A program made the translations under genes and the position numbers. DNA of 64,000 nucleotides from Candidatus Micrarchaeota archaeon. GTDB lineage: Archaea > Micrarchaeota > Micrarchaeia > Anstonellales > Bilamarchaeaceae. Every line of letters begins with the position of its first letter. Position 1 is the first letter of the stretch. Positions 18,971-29,744 of this stretch are shown one piece after another. The stretch is taken from contig JBBSVN010000003.1 of the NCBI GenBank assembly GCA_038046765.1, positions 32,001-96,000 of the forward strand. The letters are read 5' to 3'. The notes beneath the pieces are model-generated. The model had not been told where the DNA came from, searched no databases, and was given only the letters and a program-made list of their open reading frames with translations.

Positions 18971-21790
18971 TTATTTTCTCAACACCTTCTCTAAGTAAAA
19001 TCCAGTATGCGTTCCTGCTTTTGCAATATCTTCCGGCGTACCTTCTGCAACAACTTTTCCTCCCATATCTCCGCCTTCAGGACCTAAATCGATAATCCAA
19101 TCCGCGCTTTTTAATACATCAAGATTATGTTCGATAACTACAATGCTGTTTCCCTTATCAACTAGTCTCTGTAATACGGTTAATAACTTATTAACATCGT
19201 CAAAGTGTAATCCAGTGGTTGGTTCATCAAGTAAATACATTGTGTTTCCTATTCCACGCTTAGATAATTCTGTTGCTAATTTCACACGCTGCGCTTCCCC
19301 GCCTGATAAAGTTGTTGCGCTTTGACCTAATTTTATATAACCTAATCCAACATCCTTAATCGTTTGAAGTTTGTTGTTTATTGATGTAATATTTTGGAAA
19401 AATTCTTGTGCTTCATCAACACTCATTCCTAAAATTTCTGAGATATTTTTACCCTTATAAGTCACTTCCAACGTTTGCGAGTTATACCTTTTACCTTTAC
19501 AAACTTCGCACATTACATAAACATCAGCTAAAAAATGCATTTCAATTTTTATCATTCCATCTCCTTCACAGCTATCGCATCTTCCTTCTGCTACGTTAAA
19601 TGAAAACCTTCCGGGCGAATAACCGCGCGTTTTAGATTCAGGAGTGTTCGCAAATAAATCTCGAATTGGAGTAAATAAACCAACATAAGTAGCTGGATTG
19701 GATCGTGGTGTTCGGCCAATTGGGGATTGATCGACTTGAATTATTTTATCTAAGTGTTGCATTCCCTTTACATTTTTGTGTTTTCCTTCCCTTAATTTAG
19801 TTCCATTTAATGCAAATGATAACCTGGGATACACGATATTATTTATCAAAGAGGATTTACCAGAACCAGATACTCCGCTTATACAAACAAAAATACCTAG
19901 TGGTATATTCACATCAATATTCTTGAGGTTATTCTCACTAGCTCCTATTATTTCAAGCATTTCTTTAGGCTTTCTTCTTTCCTTAGGTTTAGGTATTGAT
20001 TTTTTACCTGATAGATAAAGTCCGGTTATTGATTTTTCATTATTCATTATATCTTTTGCAGTTCCTTCTGCTACAACTTCCCCTCCTTTAATTCCAGCAT
20101 ACGGACCCATATCTATAATATGATCTGCTTCAAACATTGTTTCTTCATCGTGTTCAACAACTACTAAAGTGTTTCCTAAATCTCGAAGTCTTTTTAGTGT
20201 TCCAAGTAGCTTCGAATTATCTCTTTGATGTAATCCAATCGATGGTTCATCTAAAACATAGACAATTCCTGTTAAATTCGCTCCAATTTGTGTTGCTAGT
20301 CTTATTCTTTGTGATTCTCCACCTGATAGCGTTGCACTTTCGCGTGAAACTGTCAAATAGTTTAATCCTACATTTTCCAAGAACTCTAGCCTTGAATTAA
20401 TTTCTTTTAAAATTGGAGTTGCAACCTTTAGTTCGCTTCCAACTAGCTTTAATTTTACAACAAAATCTCTTGCTAAATTTATCGGCATGTCACAAATTTC
20501 CATTATATTTTTGTTTCCGATTAAAACCGAAAGCATTTCATCTTTAAGTCTTTTACCCTTACATTTAGGGCAAGTTTCTTCTCTCATATATTTGGCAATT
20601 TCTTCTTTTCTGCCCTCTGATTCCGTTTGATGGTATAGCCTTTGTAATTGGGGGATAATTCCTTCAAAATTTCTTTCATATTCGTAAGTAGAACCCCGCT
20701 TACTCTCATACCTAAATTGCATTTTATCTTTAGTTCCATACATTATTATATTTAATTTCTCCTCTGGTATTTTAGCAATTGGTTCATCAATTTCAATTCC
20801 AGAATTTATTGCTACTTCGCGAATTTGTTGTAATCTCCAGCCTGCTTCCATTAATCTTCCATAACAAACTATTGCTCCATCAATTATTGATTTTGTTTTA
20901 TCAGGAATTATTAAATCAACATCAAACTCCATCTTAAATCCTAACCCATGGCATTCCTGACACGCTCCAAACGGAGAATTGAATGAAAAATCTCTTGGTT
21001 GGATTTCACCTAAAGAAATTCCATGTTCTGGGCAGGCGTTTTTCTTTGAATATATTTTTTCTGTTCCTCCAATTTTTGCAATCATGACTCCGTTTCCTTC
21101 TTTTAATGCTGATTCTATCGCTTCATGGAGCCTTTCTTTATTTTCAAGTTTGAGCGTTATTTTATCAATAATTGCAGAAATGTTTTGCTTTTTGTTCTTA
21201 TCTAAATCGTTAGGCATTTCTTGTTCTATACTAATTAATTCTCCATTAACATAAACATTGTAAAGACCGGTTTTCTTTAGTTTTTCAAATTCTTTTTCAA
21301 AACGCCCTTTTTCTCCCCTAGCAATTGGCGCAAGTATTTCAATTTTTTCATCAAGTTTTACGCTAGAAAAAAGATTTTCTGCAATTTCATCTGGTCCTTG
21401 CTTAGAAATTTGTTTTTTACATATTGGGCAGTGCGGAATACCGACACGCGCATAAAGTAATCTTAAATAATCATAAATTTCAGTAACTGTTCCAACTGTT
21501 GAACGAGGATTTCGAGAGGTTGTTTTCTGGTCTATTGAAATCGCTGGAGAAAGCCCTTCAATGCTATCAACATCTGGTTTGTTCATTATTCCTAAAAATT
21601 GCCTAGCATATGGAGAAAGAGATTCAACATACCTGCGTTGTCCTTCAGCGTATAAAGTATCAAAAGCTAAAGTTGATTTGCCTGAACCAGATAATCCTGT
21701 AATAACAGTAATCTTGTCACGTGGAATTTCTACACTTACGTTTTTGAGATTGTGCTCTCGTGCGCCTTTAATTATGATTTTGTCTTGGAT
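18971..21790 (-). CDS. uvrA: Excinuclease ABC subunit A
   Basis: Frame extends upstream of the track ORF to (I)[17 protein letters not shown]...GLSGSGKS; two ABC domains and zinc fingers; start ATC at 21790. Confidence 0.97.
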   Translation of the reverse strand: MQDKIIIKGAREHNLKNVSVEIPRDKITVITGLSGSGKSTLAFDTLYAEGQRRYVESLSPYARQFLGIMNKPDVDSIEGLSPAISIDQKTTSRNPRSTVGTVTEIYDYLRLLYARVGIPHCPICKKQISKQGPDEIAENLFSSVKLDEKIEILAPIARGEKGRFEKEFEKLKKTGLYNVYVNGELISIEQEMPNDLDKNKKQNISAIIDKITLKLENKERLHEAIESALKEGNGVMIAKIGGTEKIYSKKNACPEHGISLGEIQPRDFSFNSPFGACQECHGLGFKMEFDVDLIIPDKTKSIIDGAIVCYGRLMEAGWRLQQIREVAINSGIEIDEPIAKIPEEKLNIIMYGTKDKMQFRYESKRGSTYEYERNFEGIIPQLQRLYHQTESEGRKEEIAKYMREETCPKCKGKRLKDEMLSVLIGNKNIMEICDMPINLARDFVVKLKLVGSELKVATPILKEINSRLEFLENVGLNYLTVSRESATLSGGESQRIRLATQIGANLTGIVYVLDEPSIGLHQRDNSKLLGTLKRLRDLGNTLVVVEHDEETMFEADHIIDMGPYAGIKGGEVVAEGTAKDIMNNEKSITGLYLSGKKSIPKPKERRKPKEMLEIIGASENNLKNIDVNIPLGIFVCISGVSGSGKSSLINNIVYPRLSFALNGTKLREGKHKNVKGMQHLDKIIQVDQSPIGRTPRSNPATYVGLFTPIRDLFANTPESKTRGYSPGRFSFNVAEGRCDSCEGDGMIKIEMHFLADVYVMCEVCKGKRYNSQTLEVTYKGKNISEILGMSVDEAQEFFQNITSINNKLQTIKDVGLGYIKLGQSATTLSGGEAQRVKLATELSKRGIGNTMYLLDEPTTGLHFDDVNKLLTVLQRLVDKGNSIVVIEHNLDVLKSADWIIDLGPEGGDMGGKVVAEGTPEDIAKAGTHTGFYLEKVLRK

Positions 21791-22025
21791 GGTTTCACCT
21801 AAGTTACTTATGTTTTACTTATTGACTTAAGCCTCGCTAGTCTTGCGTAATTCTTTAAGACGCGATTCGCGATGCATTTTCAACACGAAGCGTGTTGGAA
21901 AGCTAGTGAACGAAGTTCACTGGATATTGACTTTAGCATTTCTTATTTCAATATATGTAGGTCAATTAAGGTATTTATAAGGTTTTATTTTATTAGTTGT
22001 TTTTATTTTTATTACTTTGCCAGAA

Positions 22026-22595
22026 TTAGGATTTTATATGTAAAACTTGTTCTATCTTAGAAACTCTTTGTCTAAGTTCAAGCATCTGCTCAGACATTGT
22101 CTGGTCAATCTTTTCTAATCTTTTGTGGTTACCTGCAAAACCATGTTCAAGTTTTTCATCTATACTTTCTAGTTTTTCATTGGTTTTATCCAACTTATTA
22201 TTCACATCAGAAAACCCTTCTTTATTCTCTGTTCTTGCCTCTCTCATTTCTCTAGTCAAATTATCTAAATGAGCTGCTGCAACATCTAATCTTTCTGCAT
22301 TTTCTTCTTCATAAGAACCACGCAGAACTTCAAACTTTACAAATTCTGGTTGTTCAACTTCCTGTTTTGTAATCTGTTCAACATTAACCAGTTCTGTTCT
22401 GATATTAATTTTTTTAAGAAATTCTTCAGTAACTAGTCTGTCCTTATGTTGAATGATAATTTCTACAGATTCATCAGCATCTGCTAGGTTTTTTACAGTT
22501 CCTTTTATTTTTAATTGCCTAGCTACCCTTTCTACGAATGCACGATAGCCGACTCTCTGGACAATTCCCTTTACTAAAAGCTTAAGCGTTCGCAT
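22026..22595 (-). CDS. Acylphosphatase-like domain fused to a coiled coil
   Basis: VKGIVQRVGYR...GTVKN, followed by a heptad-rich C-terminus. Confidence 0.85.
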   Translation of the reverse strand: MRTLKLLVKGIVQRVGYRAFVERVARQLKIKGTVKNLADADESVEIIIQHKDRLVTEEFLKKINIRTELVNVEQITKQEVEQPEFVKFEVLRGSYEEENAERLDVAAAHLDNLTREMREARTENKEGFSDVNNKLDKTNEKLESIDEKLEHGFAGNHKRLEKIDQTMSEQMLELRQRVSKIEQVLHIKS

Positions 22596-22697
22596 AATAA
22601 TCGTAAGTTAATTAACTACTTAGCTTATATAAAAAGATTCCTATAATTCGTCAATAAACGTAATTCTGATTATGGCAAGTCAAGAAGTCTTATTGCG

Positions 22698-23216
22698 TTA
22701 CTTTACTAGAATTATCTTTTTCTCGAAAAAATTACTCTCCAAGTTCCCGGTAATTCTTTTTCCAACTATTTCATATCCATTTTTTAAATAAAATTCATTT
22801 AATTTTACATAATACGATACGGCATCAAAGCGAATATAATAAATTCCCATCTCCCTGGCTTTTTGCTCAGCAAACTTTAAGAGTTCTGTTGCTACTCCCT
22901 TGTCTTGGTATTTTGGCAGTACTGCTAAAGCAGAAACATAAATTGCAGAAGCAATTTCATCGTTCCAAAACTTTTTGTCATTTTCATTATAATAAAAAGG
23001 AGCGAAAAGACTAAGCGTAATTGTTCCAACCGCTAAATGTTCATAATAAGCGATATAAACTTCTTTTTCTTCTATTCTCTTTATTACTTTTTCTTTTGTG
23101 TGTCCACCTTTCCAATGATTCATTGCTTGTTCGGCTAACCAATCTGTACAAGTCGATAAGATATCAAAAATCGCTTTCCAATCGGTTGATCCAGCTTTTT
23201 TGATAAAATAGGTCAT
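22698..23216 (-). CDS. GNAT acetyltransferase
   Basis: LAVLPKYQDKGVA...FYLKNGY. Confidence 0.88.
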   Translation of the reverse strand: MTYFIKKAGSTDWKAIFDILSTCTDWLAEQAMNHWKGGHTKEKVIKRIEEKEVYIAYYEHLAVGTITLSLFAPFYYNENDKKFWNDEIASAIYVSALAVLPKYQDKGVATELLKFAEQKAREMGIYYIRFDAVSYYVKLNEFYLKNGYEIVGKRITGNLESNFFEKKIILVK

Positions 23217-23230
23217 GTGTCCTTCGCCCT

Positions 23231-25153
23231 TTATTTCTTGAGTTCCCGAATCTTATCTCTTATTGCAATCGCTCGCTCAAAGTCCAGCCTTTCAGCTGCA
23301 CTTTTCATTTCCTCTTCAAATATTTGAATCATTTGTTCTCGCTGTTTTGCATTCATTGACTTAGGAATTGCTGCTTCGATCTCCGCGTCATCCAAGTCCT
23401 TGGGAATCGGTTTAATTATCGTTTTAGGAGTTATGCTGTATTTAGTGTTAAATTCTATTTGCTTAGTTCTCCTTCGTTCGGTTTCTGCAATGGCCTGCTT
23501 CATCGCGTCTGATTTTGAATCAGCATACATTATTACCTTTCCATTAGCATTTCTCGCTGCTCGTCCAATCGTTTGAACTAGTGATTGTGTTGAACGCAAG
23601 AATCCCGTTTTATCAGCATCAAGAATTGCAACTAATGAAACCTCTGGAATATCTAATCCTTCTCTAAGTAAATTAATCCCGACTAGTGCGTCAAATTTCT
23701 TAGCTCGCAGTGCCCGAATTAGTTTGGTTCGCTCCAGCGTTTCAATCTCAGAGTGTAAATAACGCACATTCGCGCCTTTTTCATGCAAATATGCAGATAA
23801 ATCTTCGGACATTCTTTTAGTTAACGTAGTAATAAGAGTTCGTTCATTTCGTTTGGCTCGTTCTTTCACTTCATTTAGTAAATCATCAATCTGCCCTTTA
23901 GTTGACCTAATTTCTATCTCCGGATCGATTAAACCTGTTGGTCTGACAATCTGTTCAACTATCTGCTTAGAATTCTTTAATTCGTATTCGCTAGGAGTTG
24001 CTGAAACAAAGATTACGTTTTCCATAAATTTTTCAAACTCTTCAAACTTTAGCGGTCTATTATCAAATGCACAAGGAAGCCTAAATCCATTTTCAACTAA
24101 TGCTTTCTTTCTAGTGTAATCTCCGCTATACATTGCATGTAATTGCGGAAGTGTTACATGTGATTCATCAATAAATATCTGGAAATCTTTTCCAAAGTAG
24201 TCTAGTAAACAATAAGGTCTGGTCCCAGCCATCCTGCCATCAAAATGTCTTGAATAACTCTCTATTCCCGAGCAGTATCCTAGTTCACGAATCATTTCTA
24301 AATCATACTTTGTTCGTTGCTCTAATCTCTGGCGTTCAAGTGGTTTTAACGTTGGAGCGTATTCTAAGAGTTCTGCTTCAATTGCTTTTAGTGCCTTTTC
24401 TTTTTCTTCATCTGAAATAACAAAGTGTTTAGCTGGTAAAAGTAAATAGTTTGAAACATTATTTTTTCGTCCAGTAATAACATCAAAGAATTCGATTGCG
24501 TTTATTTTTTCATCTTCAAATACTATTCTTACGGCATTATCAGAAAAAGGAGGTAATACTTCAAGTACGTCTCCCCTAAATCTAAATGAACCCTTACCTA
24601 GCACTGAATCGTTGCGTTCGTACTGCATTTTAACTAAGTTATACATCAATTCCTTTCTCTTAAAATTCATTCCAAGTTTAAAGTCAATTCCCAAACTTTC
24701 ATAAGTTCCAGGGTTTCCTAAACCATAAATACATGATACAGATGCAACGATTACTGTTGGTGCTTTAGAAAGCAGATAAGATGTTGCCTGAAGTCTAAAT
24801 TCTTCTATTTTTTCGTTTATCTGTGATTCCTTTTCCAAGTAAGTGTCTGTCTGGACAATATAACTTTCAGGCTGATAATAATCATAGTAAGAAATAAAGT
24901 AGCCTACTTTGTCTCGAGGGAAAAACTGCTGAAATTCTGCGTAAAGTTGAGCTGCTAAAGTTTTATTATGTGAAATTACAATTGCCGGTTTATTTAATTT
25001 AGCAATTACATTCGCCATTGTAAAAGTTTTTCCAGAACCAGTAACTCCTAGAAGTGTTTGCATTCCTGGTTTTTGTGCTCCTCTAAAGAGTTTTTCAATT
25101 GCCTGGGGCTGATCACCCGCTGGAGCGTAAGAAGATTCTAAGGAAAAATTCAT
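23231..25153 (-). CDS. uvrB: Excinuclease ABC subunit B
   Basis: GVTGSGKT, YYDYYQPE, DESH, LLREGLD, QTIGRAAR, C-terminal UVR domain. Confidence 0.97.
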   Translation of the reverse strand: MNFSLESSYAPAGDQPQAIEKLFRGAQKPGMQTLLGVTGSGKTFTMANVIAKLNKPAIVISHNKTLAAQLYAEFQQFFPRDKVGYFISYYDYYQPESYIVQTDTYLEKESQINEKIEEFRLQATSYLLSKAPTVIVASVSCIYGLGNPGTYESLGIDFKLGMNFKRKELMYNLVKMQYERNDSVLGKGSFRFRGDVLEVLPPFSDNAVRIVFEDEKINAIEFFDVITGRKNNVSNYLLLPAKHFVISDEEKEKALKAIEAELLEYAPTLKPLERQRLEQRTKYDLEMIRELGYCSGIESYSRHFDGRMAGTRPYCLLDYFGKDFQIFIDESHVTLPQLHAMYSGDYTRKKALVENGFRLPCAFDNRPLKFEEFEKFMENVIFVSATPSEYELKNSKQIVEQIVRPTGLIDPEIEIRSTKGQIDDLLNEVKERAKRNERTLITTLTKRMSEDLSAYLHEKGANVRYLHSEIETLERTKLIRALRAKKFDALVGINLLREGLDIPEVSLVAILDADKTGFLRSTQSLVQTIGRAARNANGKVIMYADSKSDAMKQAIAETERRRTKQIEFNTKYSITPKTIIKPIPKDLDDAEIEAAIPKSMNAKQREQMIQIFEEEMKSAAERLDFERAIAIRDKIRELKK

Positions 25154-25185
25154 AGAACATTATTAACAAATGATAAATAAAAAGA

Positions 25186-25722
25186 TTAGCTTATATCTAG
25201 TCCATAATTTTCCAAGCAATCTAATATTTGATTTTTAATGTCGTCATTTTCTTTTCTTTCTAATATATTTGTGTAATTTCCCTTTTCGAGTGCTTTGCTA
25301 AATAATTCTTTATAAATATAAAATGTACCATTTAATTTGTCTTTGTTTTTAAAAATATATTCAAATATAAAATAAATTCCTTTAAATTCTAATCTATTTT
25401 TATAAAATATAATCTTTCTTATAAATTTAAAATCTTCGGTAAGTATGTTGCCATTACTTTCTGATGCGTGATATAAACAGGCTTTTTCTCCTTTACCTGC
25501 ATTTACTTTTTTACATATATCCAGAAATTTTTCATCTGGTTTATTTTTAATTTGGGATATTATTAAATCCTTCAAAATATGCTCGACTTCTTTGTAATTT
25601 TTTAGTTCTTCTTTTACTTCCTGTGGGATCTGTACTTCTTTAAAATGGCTAAAAAAATTGTGTGCTTCTAAATCAATTAAAAGTCTAATCGCACAAGTAT
25701 CGATATAAGTTTTATCTACCAT
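25186..25722 (-). CDS. PIN-domain nuclease-like protein
   Basis: YIDTC, IPQEVKEEL, GKGEKACL, ILTED acidic motif pattern. Confidence 0.7.
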   Translation of the reverse strand: MVDKTYIDTCAIRLLIDLEAHNFFSHFKEVQIPQEVKEELKNYKEVEHILKDLIISQIKNKPDEKFLDICKKVNAGKGEKACLYHASESNGNILTEDFKFIRKIIFYKNRLEFKGIYFIFEYIFKNKDKLNGTFYIYKELFSKALEKGNYTNILERKENDDIKNQILDCLENYGLDIS

Positions 25723-26059
25723 GTTTATCATTCTTATATTTTTTCCTTGAACTAATAAATTTGTTTACTGCTTTTTTTATATTTGTAAATTTTATTAAAA
25801 ATACATATGTTAAAAATGCCAAAAAATAAGCATCATAGCTTATTTTCATTTCTGCTGCTTCTTTTTCCATTTTTTTTACAAGGAATACTGGCAGCTTAAA
25901 GTTATGTGTTTTAGTTAAAGGTCTGTCTGTTTCTCTGATCATTGTTATATTTTCTGTCATTGGTACTCTGTGTTCGTAATCTTGCTTTATCTCTAAATCT
26001 TTACTCTGATCTTTTGTATATATTTCCCTTTCAGAAAAGTAATTATTCATATTTCTCAC
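25712..26059 (-). CDS. Hypothetical protein, possibly RHH-like
   Basis: KTHNFKLPVFLVKKMEKEAAEMKISYDAYF; overlaps both neighbours. Confidence 0.55.
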   Translation of the reverse strand: MRNMNNYFSEREIYTKDQSKDLEIKQDYEHRVPMTENITMIRETDRPLTKTHNFKLPVFLVKKMEKEAAEMKISYDAYFLAFLTYVFLIKFTNIKKAVNKFISSRKKYKNDKHGR

Positions 26060-26627
26060 TCTCTAATTTTTCTCTGACATCTTCTAATTCTTTTATTAGT
26101 TCCTTTAATCTTTCGATGCCTATTTCAAAATCTATATTTTTTCTTATATGCCTATCTTGAGCGTCAATTACGTTGAATTTTAAGTATGCTAACATAGCTA
26201 TTTTCTTTTTTTCAAATCGACTATCATTATTCCTAGTATTTATTGACCACATAAATTCATCTAATATAGATGTCGAAACGTAAGCTCCTTCTTCATATCT
26301 ATTTTTTAATTTTAGTTTTTCTATCAATTCTTTTATTATTAACTGATACTCATCCGTTTTTTTTGTTTCTTTTATTATTGCACTAAAATCCTCTTTGTTA
26401 TCTTTAATTAGTATTGGCGCTACGGTTCCGATTATATATGGGGCATATTTATCTAATTCATCTATGTTTAGACCAAGTTCCTTGATCGTTAATCTGTTTA
26501 TTACTAAGCTTACTCCGAAAGGTGCGTATTTAATTTTAATTCCATTTTTTTCTCCTAGTTTTATCAAGTTCCCAACAATTTTTTTCAAATCAGTTATTTC
26601 ATCCAAGTTTTTTATTGATTCTGCCAT
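26043..26627 (-). CDS. Hypothetical protein with a COMM-domain-like C-terminus
   Basis: LDEFMWSIN...AYLKF...IDFEIGIERLKELIKELEDVREKL; 194 aa. Confidence 0.55.
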   Translation of the reverse strand: MAESIKNLDEITDLKKIVGNLIKLGEKNGIKIKYAPFGVSLVINRLTIKELGLNIDELDKYAPYIIGTVAPILIKDNKEDFSAIIKETKKTDEYQLIIKELIEKLKLKNRYEEGAYVSTSILDEFMWSINTRNNDSRFEKKKIAMLAYLKFNVIDAQDRHIRKNIDFEIGIERLKELIKELEDVREKLESEKYE

Positions 26628-26953
26628 TTACACACCTTGCTATAACATTCCTTAGTCTATAAATCTAACAATATGTTATATTTATATTATTACTTGTCAT
26701 AAATCTTAAAATATCTGTTTAATCCTTAATCATCCTAAATACTATATTTGTTCATTTATTATATAACTTTGTGTCCTTCTTTTGTTAACTCCTTTCAAGT
26801 CATAAAATTATAAAAAACGAAAAGAAGTGACATATATTTAAAAACGTATTCCGACACATTAGTTGTGTAATTCATTTGTCTTTAGTGTAATTTTTCTAAA
26901 AAATAAAAAAAAATTAAACAAACAAAAATACAAATTAACTTAGAGGTAATGCT

Positions 26954-28351
26954 ATGCAAACTGAACACGCACCATTTGTACTAAGAGATGGGGAATTGAT
27001 CCCACCAAACGCGAATACTCTGAATCTTTCAAGTCCTACTGCTAATTATGGTGTAATCTGTATAGATGGGATGATTGCTACTATTAAAATTGTTGACGAT
27101 AAAATTTATCTTGTTTTTCCTGATTTTGGGGCTCATCTAGCAAGGCATATTTTAAACAGTTCTAGATCGGTTAGAAATGTCGATGACGAAGATTTAATTA
27201 GTTTAGATCGGGCGATAAACCTAGGTCGGTCTTATGAATCTCACCCTTCTTTAAAACTAACTCTTGAAAAGGGAAAACAACTTGATTTTCAAATATATAT
27301 GGAAAAATTTGTAAACTTATTTTTCCGATTAATTTCAGAAGGATTTGGTCAATCTAATTATATTCGTCCAATAGTAGTTCTATCAAATTCCCGTATGGAT
27401 GATGAGACAATCCCTAATGATTGTGCAATTGATGCTTCATTATACAAAGCAAATTATTCAGTTATTCCGATGTATTGGCCAGCAATACTTGGCCCCAGAC
27501 ATCCATCTTTCCCTGGTTATTCTCTTCTTGTCCCTCAAAACTATTTAGCACCAGCTCCAGATACTTCAAAAATTCAATTTAAAGCTGGTTCTACCTATGA
27601 CCCAACTAGAAATCCTGGTGTAGCAGAAAAAAATAGGCATAACGGATTGTTCGGATCAGGCAAATCTTATCTTGCAAACGATATTGTTCTAATGGATTAT
27701 ACAAGAACTCGTTTGTCGGAAGGAAGCGGGTCTAATTTAGTTTTTGTTTCTCCAAGCGGAACGTTCTTTAGTCCAAAAATTGACGGAACTGTTTTTCCTG
27801 GTCTAACACAGAAATTTGTACATCAGGATTTAGTTCAAGGTGAAGTAGGCCAAACCTTCGGATGGAAATCAGAATATCGAGATATTTATTTATCTGAATT
27901 AGCCGAGCTTTCAAAAACAGGTCATGAACTATTTTTAACTGGAAGTGCTGCTGGAATTATTCCCGTTAGAAAAATTATTCTGCCAAAAGTCAAGAATCCA
28001 ACTTCTAAAGATGACCTCGGTATGTTTGATTTTAAATCTGGAAGAGAAACTTTAACTGCAATCGTACGTGATGCTTATCAATCTTTTAGCATAGGTGAAG
28101 CGTGCGATATTCAACATGCTGGAAAGAAAGTTCGGATGACTGGATTTGAGTCTGTTCCATTAATGATCGAGCTCCCTCCAGAAGTTGCTCAAAGAACTTT
28201 GGAAAAATTAACTCATTTTAGCCCTAACTTCGAACCAGTTTCGCGTCCACTAGATCAAATAATGCGAAGCGGAAGAGTAACTCAAATTAATTCTTTAGCT
28301 AGAAATCGTGTCGAAACAGTTTCTGGAAGAAGACAAGCAGCGTTAAGGTAA
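26954..28351 (+). CDS. Divergent PLP-dependent class IV aminotransferase-like protein
   Basis: NYG, YIRP, FKAGSTY, EGSGSN, PGLT, FLTGSAAGIIPV, with large insertions. Confidence 0.75.
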   Translation: MQTEHAPFVLRDGELIPPNANTLNLSSPTANYGVICIDGMIATIKIVDDKIYLVFPDFGAHLARHILNSSRSVRNVDDEDLISLDRAINLGRSYESHPSLKLTLEKGKQLDFQIYMEKFVNLFFRLISEGFGQSNYIRPIVVLSNSRMDDETIPNDCAIDASLYKANYSVIPMYWPAILGPRHPSFPGYSLLVPQNYLAPAPDTSKIQFKAGSTYDPTRNPGVAEKNRHNGLFGSGKSYLANDIVLMDYTRTRLSEGSGSNLVFVSPSGTFFSPKIDGTVFPGLTQKFVHQDLVQGEVGQTFGWKSEYRDIYLSELAELSKTGHELFLTGSAAGIIPVRKIILPKVKNPTSKDDLGMFDFKSGRETLTAIVRDAYQSFSIGEACDIQHAGKKVRMTGFESVPLMIELPPEVAQRTLEKLTHFSPNFEPVSRPLDQIMRSGRVTQINSLARNRVETVSGRRQAALR

Positions 28352-28352
28352 A

Positions 28353-28778
28353 TTAAGCCTCAATTTTATTCTTAATTTCTTTAGCAAACTTTGATCTAAT
28401 TTCAATTCCAGGATCGGGATCCCGGTTCCATTCTATTTTTACTTTATCATCCTTAAAACTTGGAATTATGTATATTTTATAATGAGCTACGAGATTATAT
28501 CCTTCTTTAGAAATATCATCATCTGATAAATGCGTTATTGCGACGGGATTACAAGCTTTCCGAACTGCTTTTGAAATATTCTTTGTAACAATAAAAAGAT
28601 GCGATGCAAGCGTGTCTGGTAAATCTATAAAATTCTCATAATGTTTCTTTGGAATAACAAGAACATGGTATTTGTTAATTGGACTTTGGCTTATTACAGC
28701 ATAACAAATATTATCATGGTAAATAATCGCTTCTTCATCCTTATATTTACAAAACACGCAAGTTTTTTGTTTAGTCAT
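28353..28778 (-). CDS. HIT-family protein with a degenerate triad
   Basis: CVFC, HVLVIPKKH, HYKIYIIP. Confidence 0.8.
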   Translation of the reverse strand: MTKQKTCVFCKYKDEEAIIYHDNICYAVISQSPINKYHVLVIPKKHYENFIDLPDTLASHLFIVTKNISKAVRKACNPVAITHLSDDDISKEGYNLVAHYKIYIIPSFKDDKVKIEWNRDPDPGIEIRSKFAKEIKNKIEA

Positions 28779-29661
28779 TCAGCATCATCTTAACAATAGC
28801 CTTCTGCGTATATAATCTATTTTTAGCTTGCTGCCAGATTACGCTGTTTTTACTATCAAGTATTTTTTCAGAAACCTCCATCCCACGAAATGCTGGTAAG
28901 GGGTGCATTAAAACAACATCTTTTGGTGCCTTACTTAGCATTTCTTCATTAACTTGATAACTTAGAAAATCCTTCATTCTTTTAGTGGATTCTTCTTCCA
29001 TTGTTTCTTTTATCCAAGGTGAAACATAAATTATGTTTGCACCGTTTAATGCTTTTGAAATGTCATTTGTAATTTCAATTATTGCGTGTTTTTTAGCTTC
29101 TGTCAAATACTTTGCATTTGGTTCATAGTTTAGCGGGCTAAGGAACGTAAAATTCAGTCCCAATTTCGTAGCTCCAATTAGTAATGAATTAGCAACATTG
29201 CTTGTCGGTTCACCGATAAAAACAATCTTGTTTCCTTTTTTTAATTTTCCTAATGATTTTAGTGTGTATAAATCTCCTAGAGCCTGACAAGGATGTTCAA
29301 CATCGCTTCCAGCATTTATTATTGGAATTTTAGATTCTTTACTTAGTTCAGCAAGCATATCATGCGGAGTTAACCTTGCAATTACTAATGAAGCGTATTG
29401 TTCCAAAGCTTTTGCTGCATCTTTTAGTTTTTCTCCACGAACTAACTGCGTAAAACCATAATCTAGATGAATGAATCCGATTCCGCTTTCTTCTAATGCT
29501 GCTGCAAATGATACAAGCGTCCTAGTAGATGGACGGTTAAACAATAGTGCAGCGAGTTTTCCCTGCCTTTCTAATTTTTTATCTTTTAGTTCATCTGCGA
29601 GCGTGAATATTTTTTCTATTTGATTTTTATCTAAATCTAACATTGAAATTAATGATTTCAT
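28771..29661 (-). CDS. argF: Ornithine carbamoyltransferase
   Basis: PSTRT, HPCQAL, MHPLPA, QAKNRL. Confidence 0.85.
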   Translation of the reverse strand: MKSLISMLDLDKNQIEKIFTLADELKDKKLERQGKLAALLFNRPSTRTLVSFAAALEESGIGFIHLDYGFTQLVRGEKLKDAAKALEQYASLVIARLTPHDMLAELSKESKIPIINAGSDVEHPCQALGDLYTLKSLGKLKKGNKIVFIGEPTSNVANSLLIGATKLGLNFTFLSPLNYEPNAKYLTEAKKHAIIEITNDISKALNGANIIYVSPWIKETMEEESTKRMKDFLSYQVNEEMLSKAPKDVVLMHPLPAFRGMEVSEKILDSKNSVIWQQAKNRLYTQKAIVKMMLND

Positions 29662-29744
29662 GATTTTTCACCTAAAGATAATTTAGAGGTTAATACTTTT
29701 AAACAATGATTTAAATCATTAGGTTTTAAAATTGTTTCAGTTAA

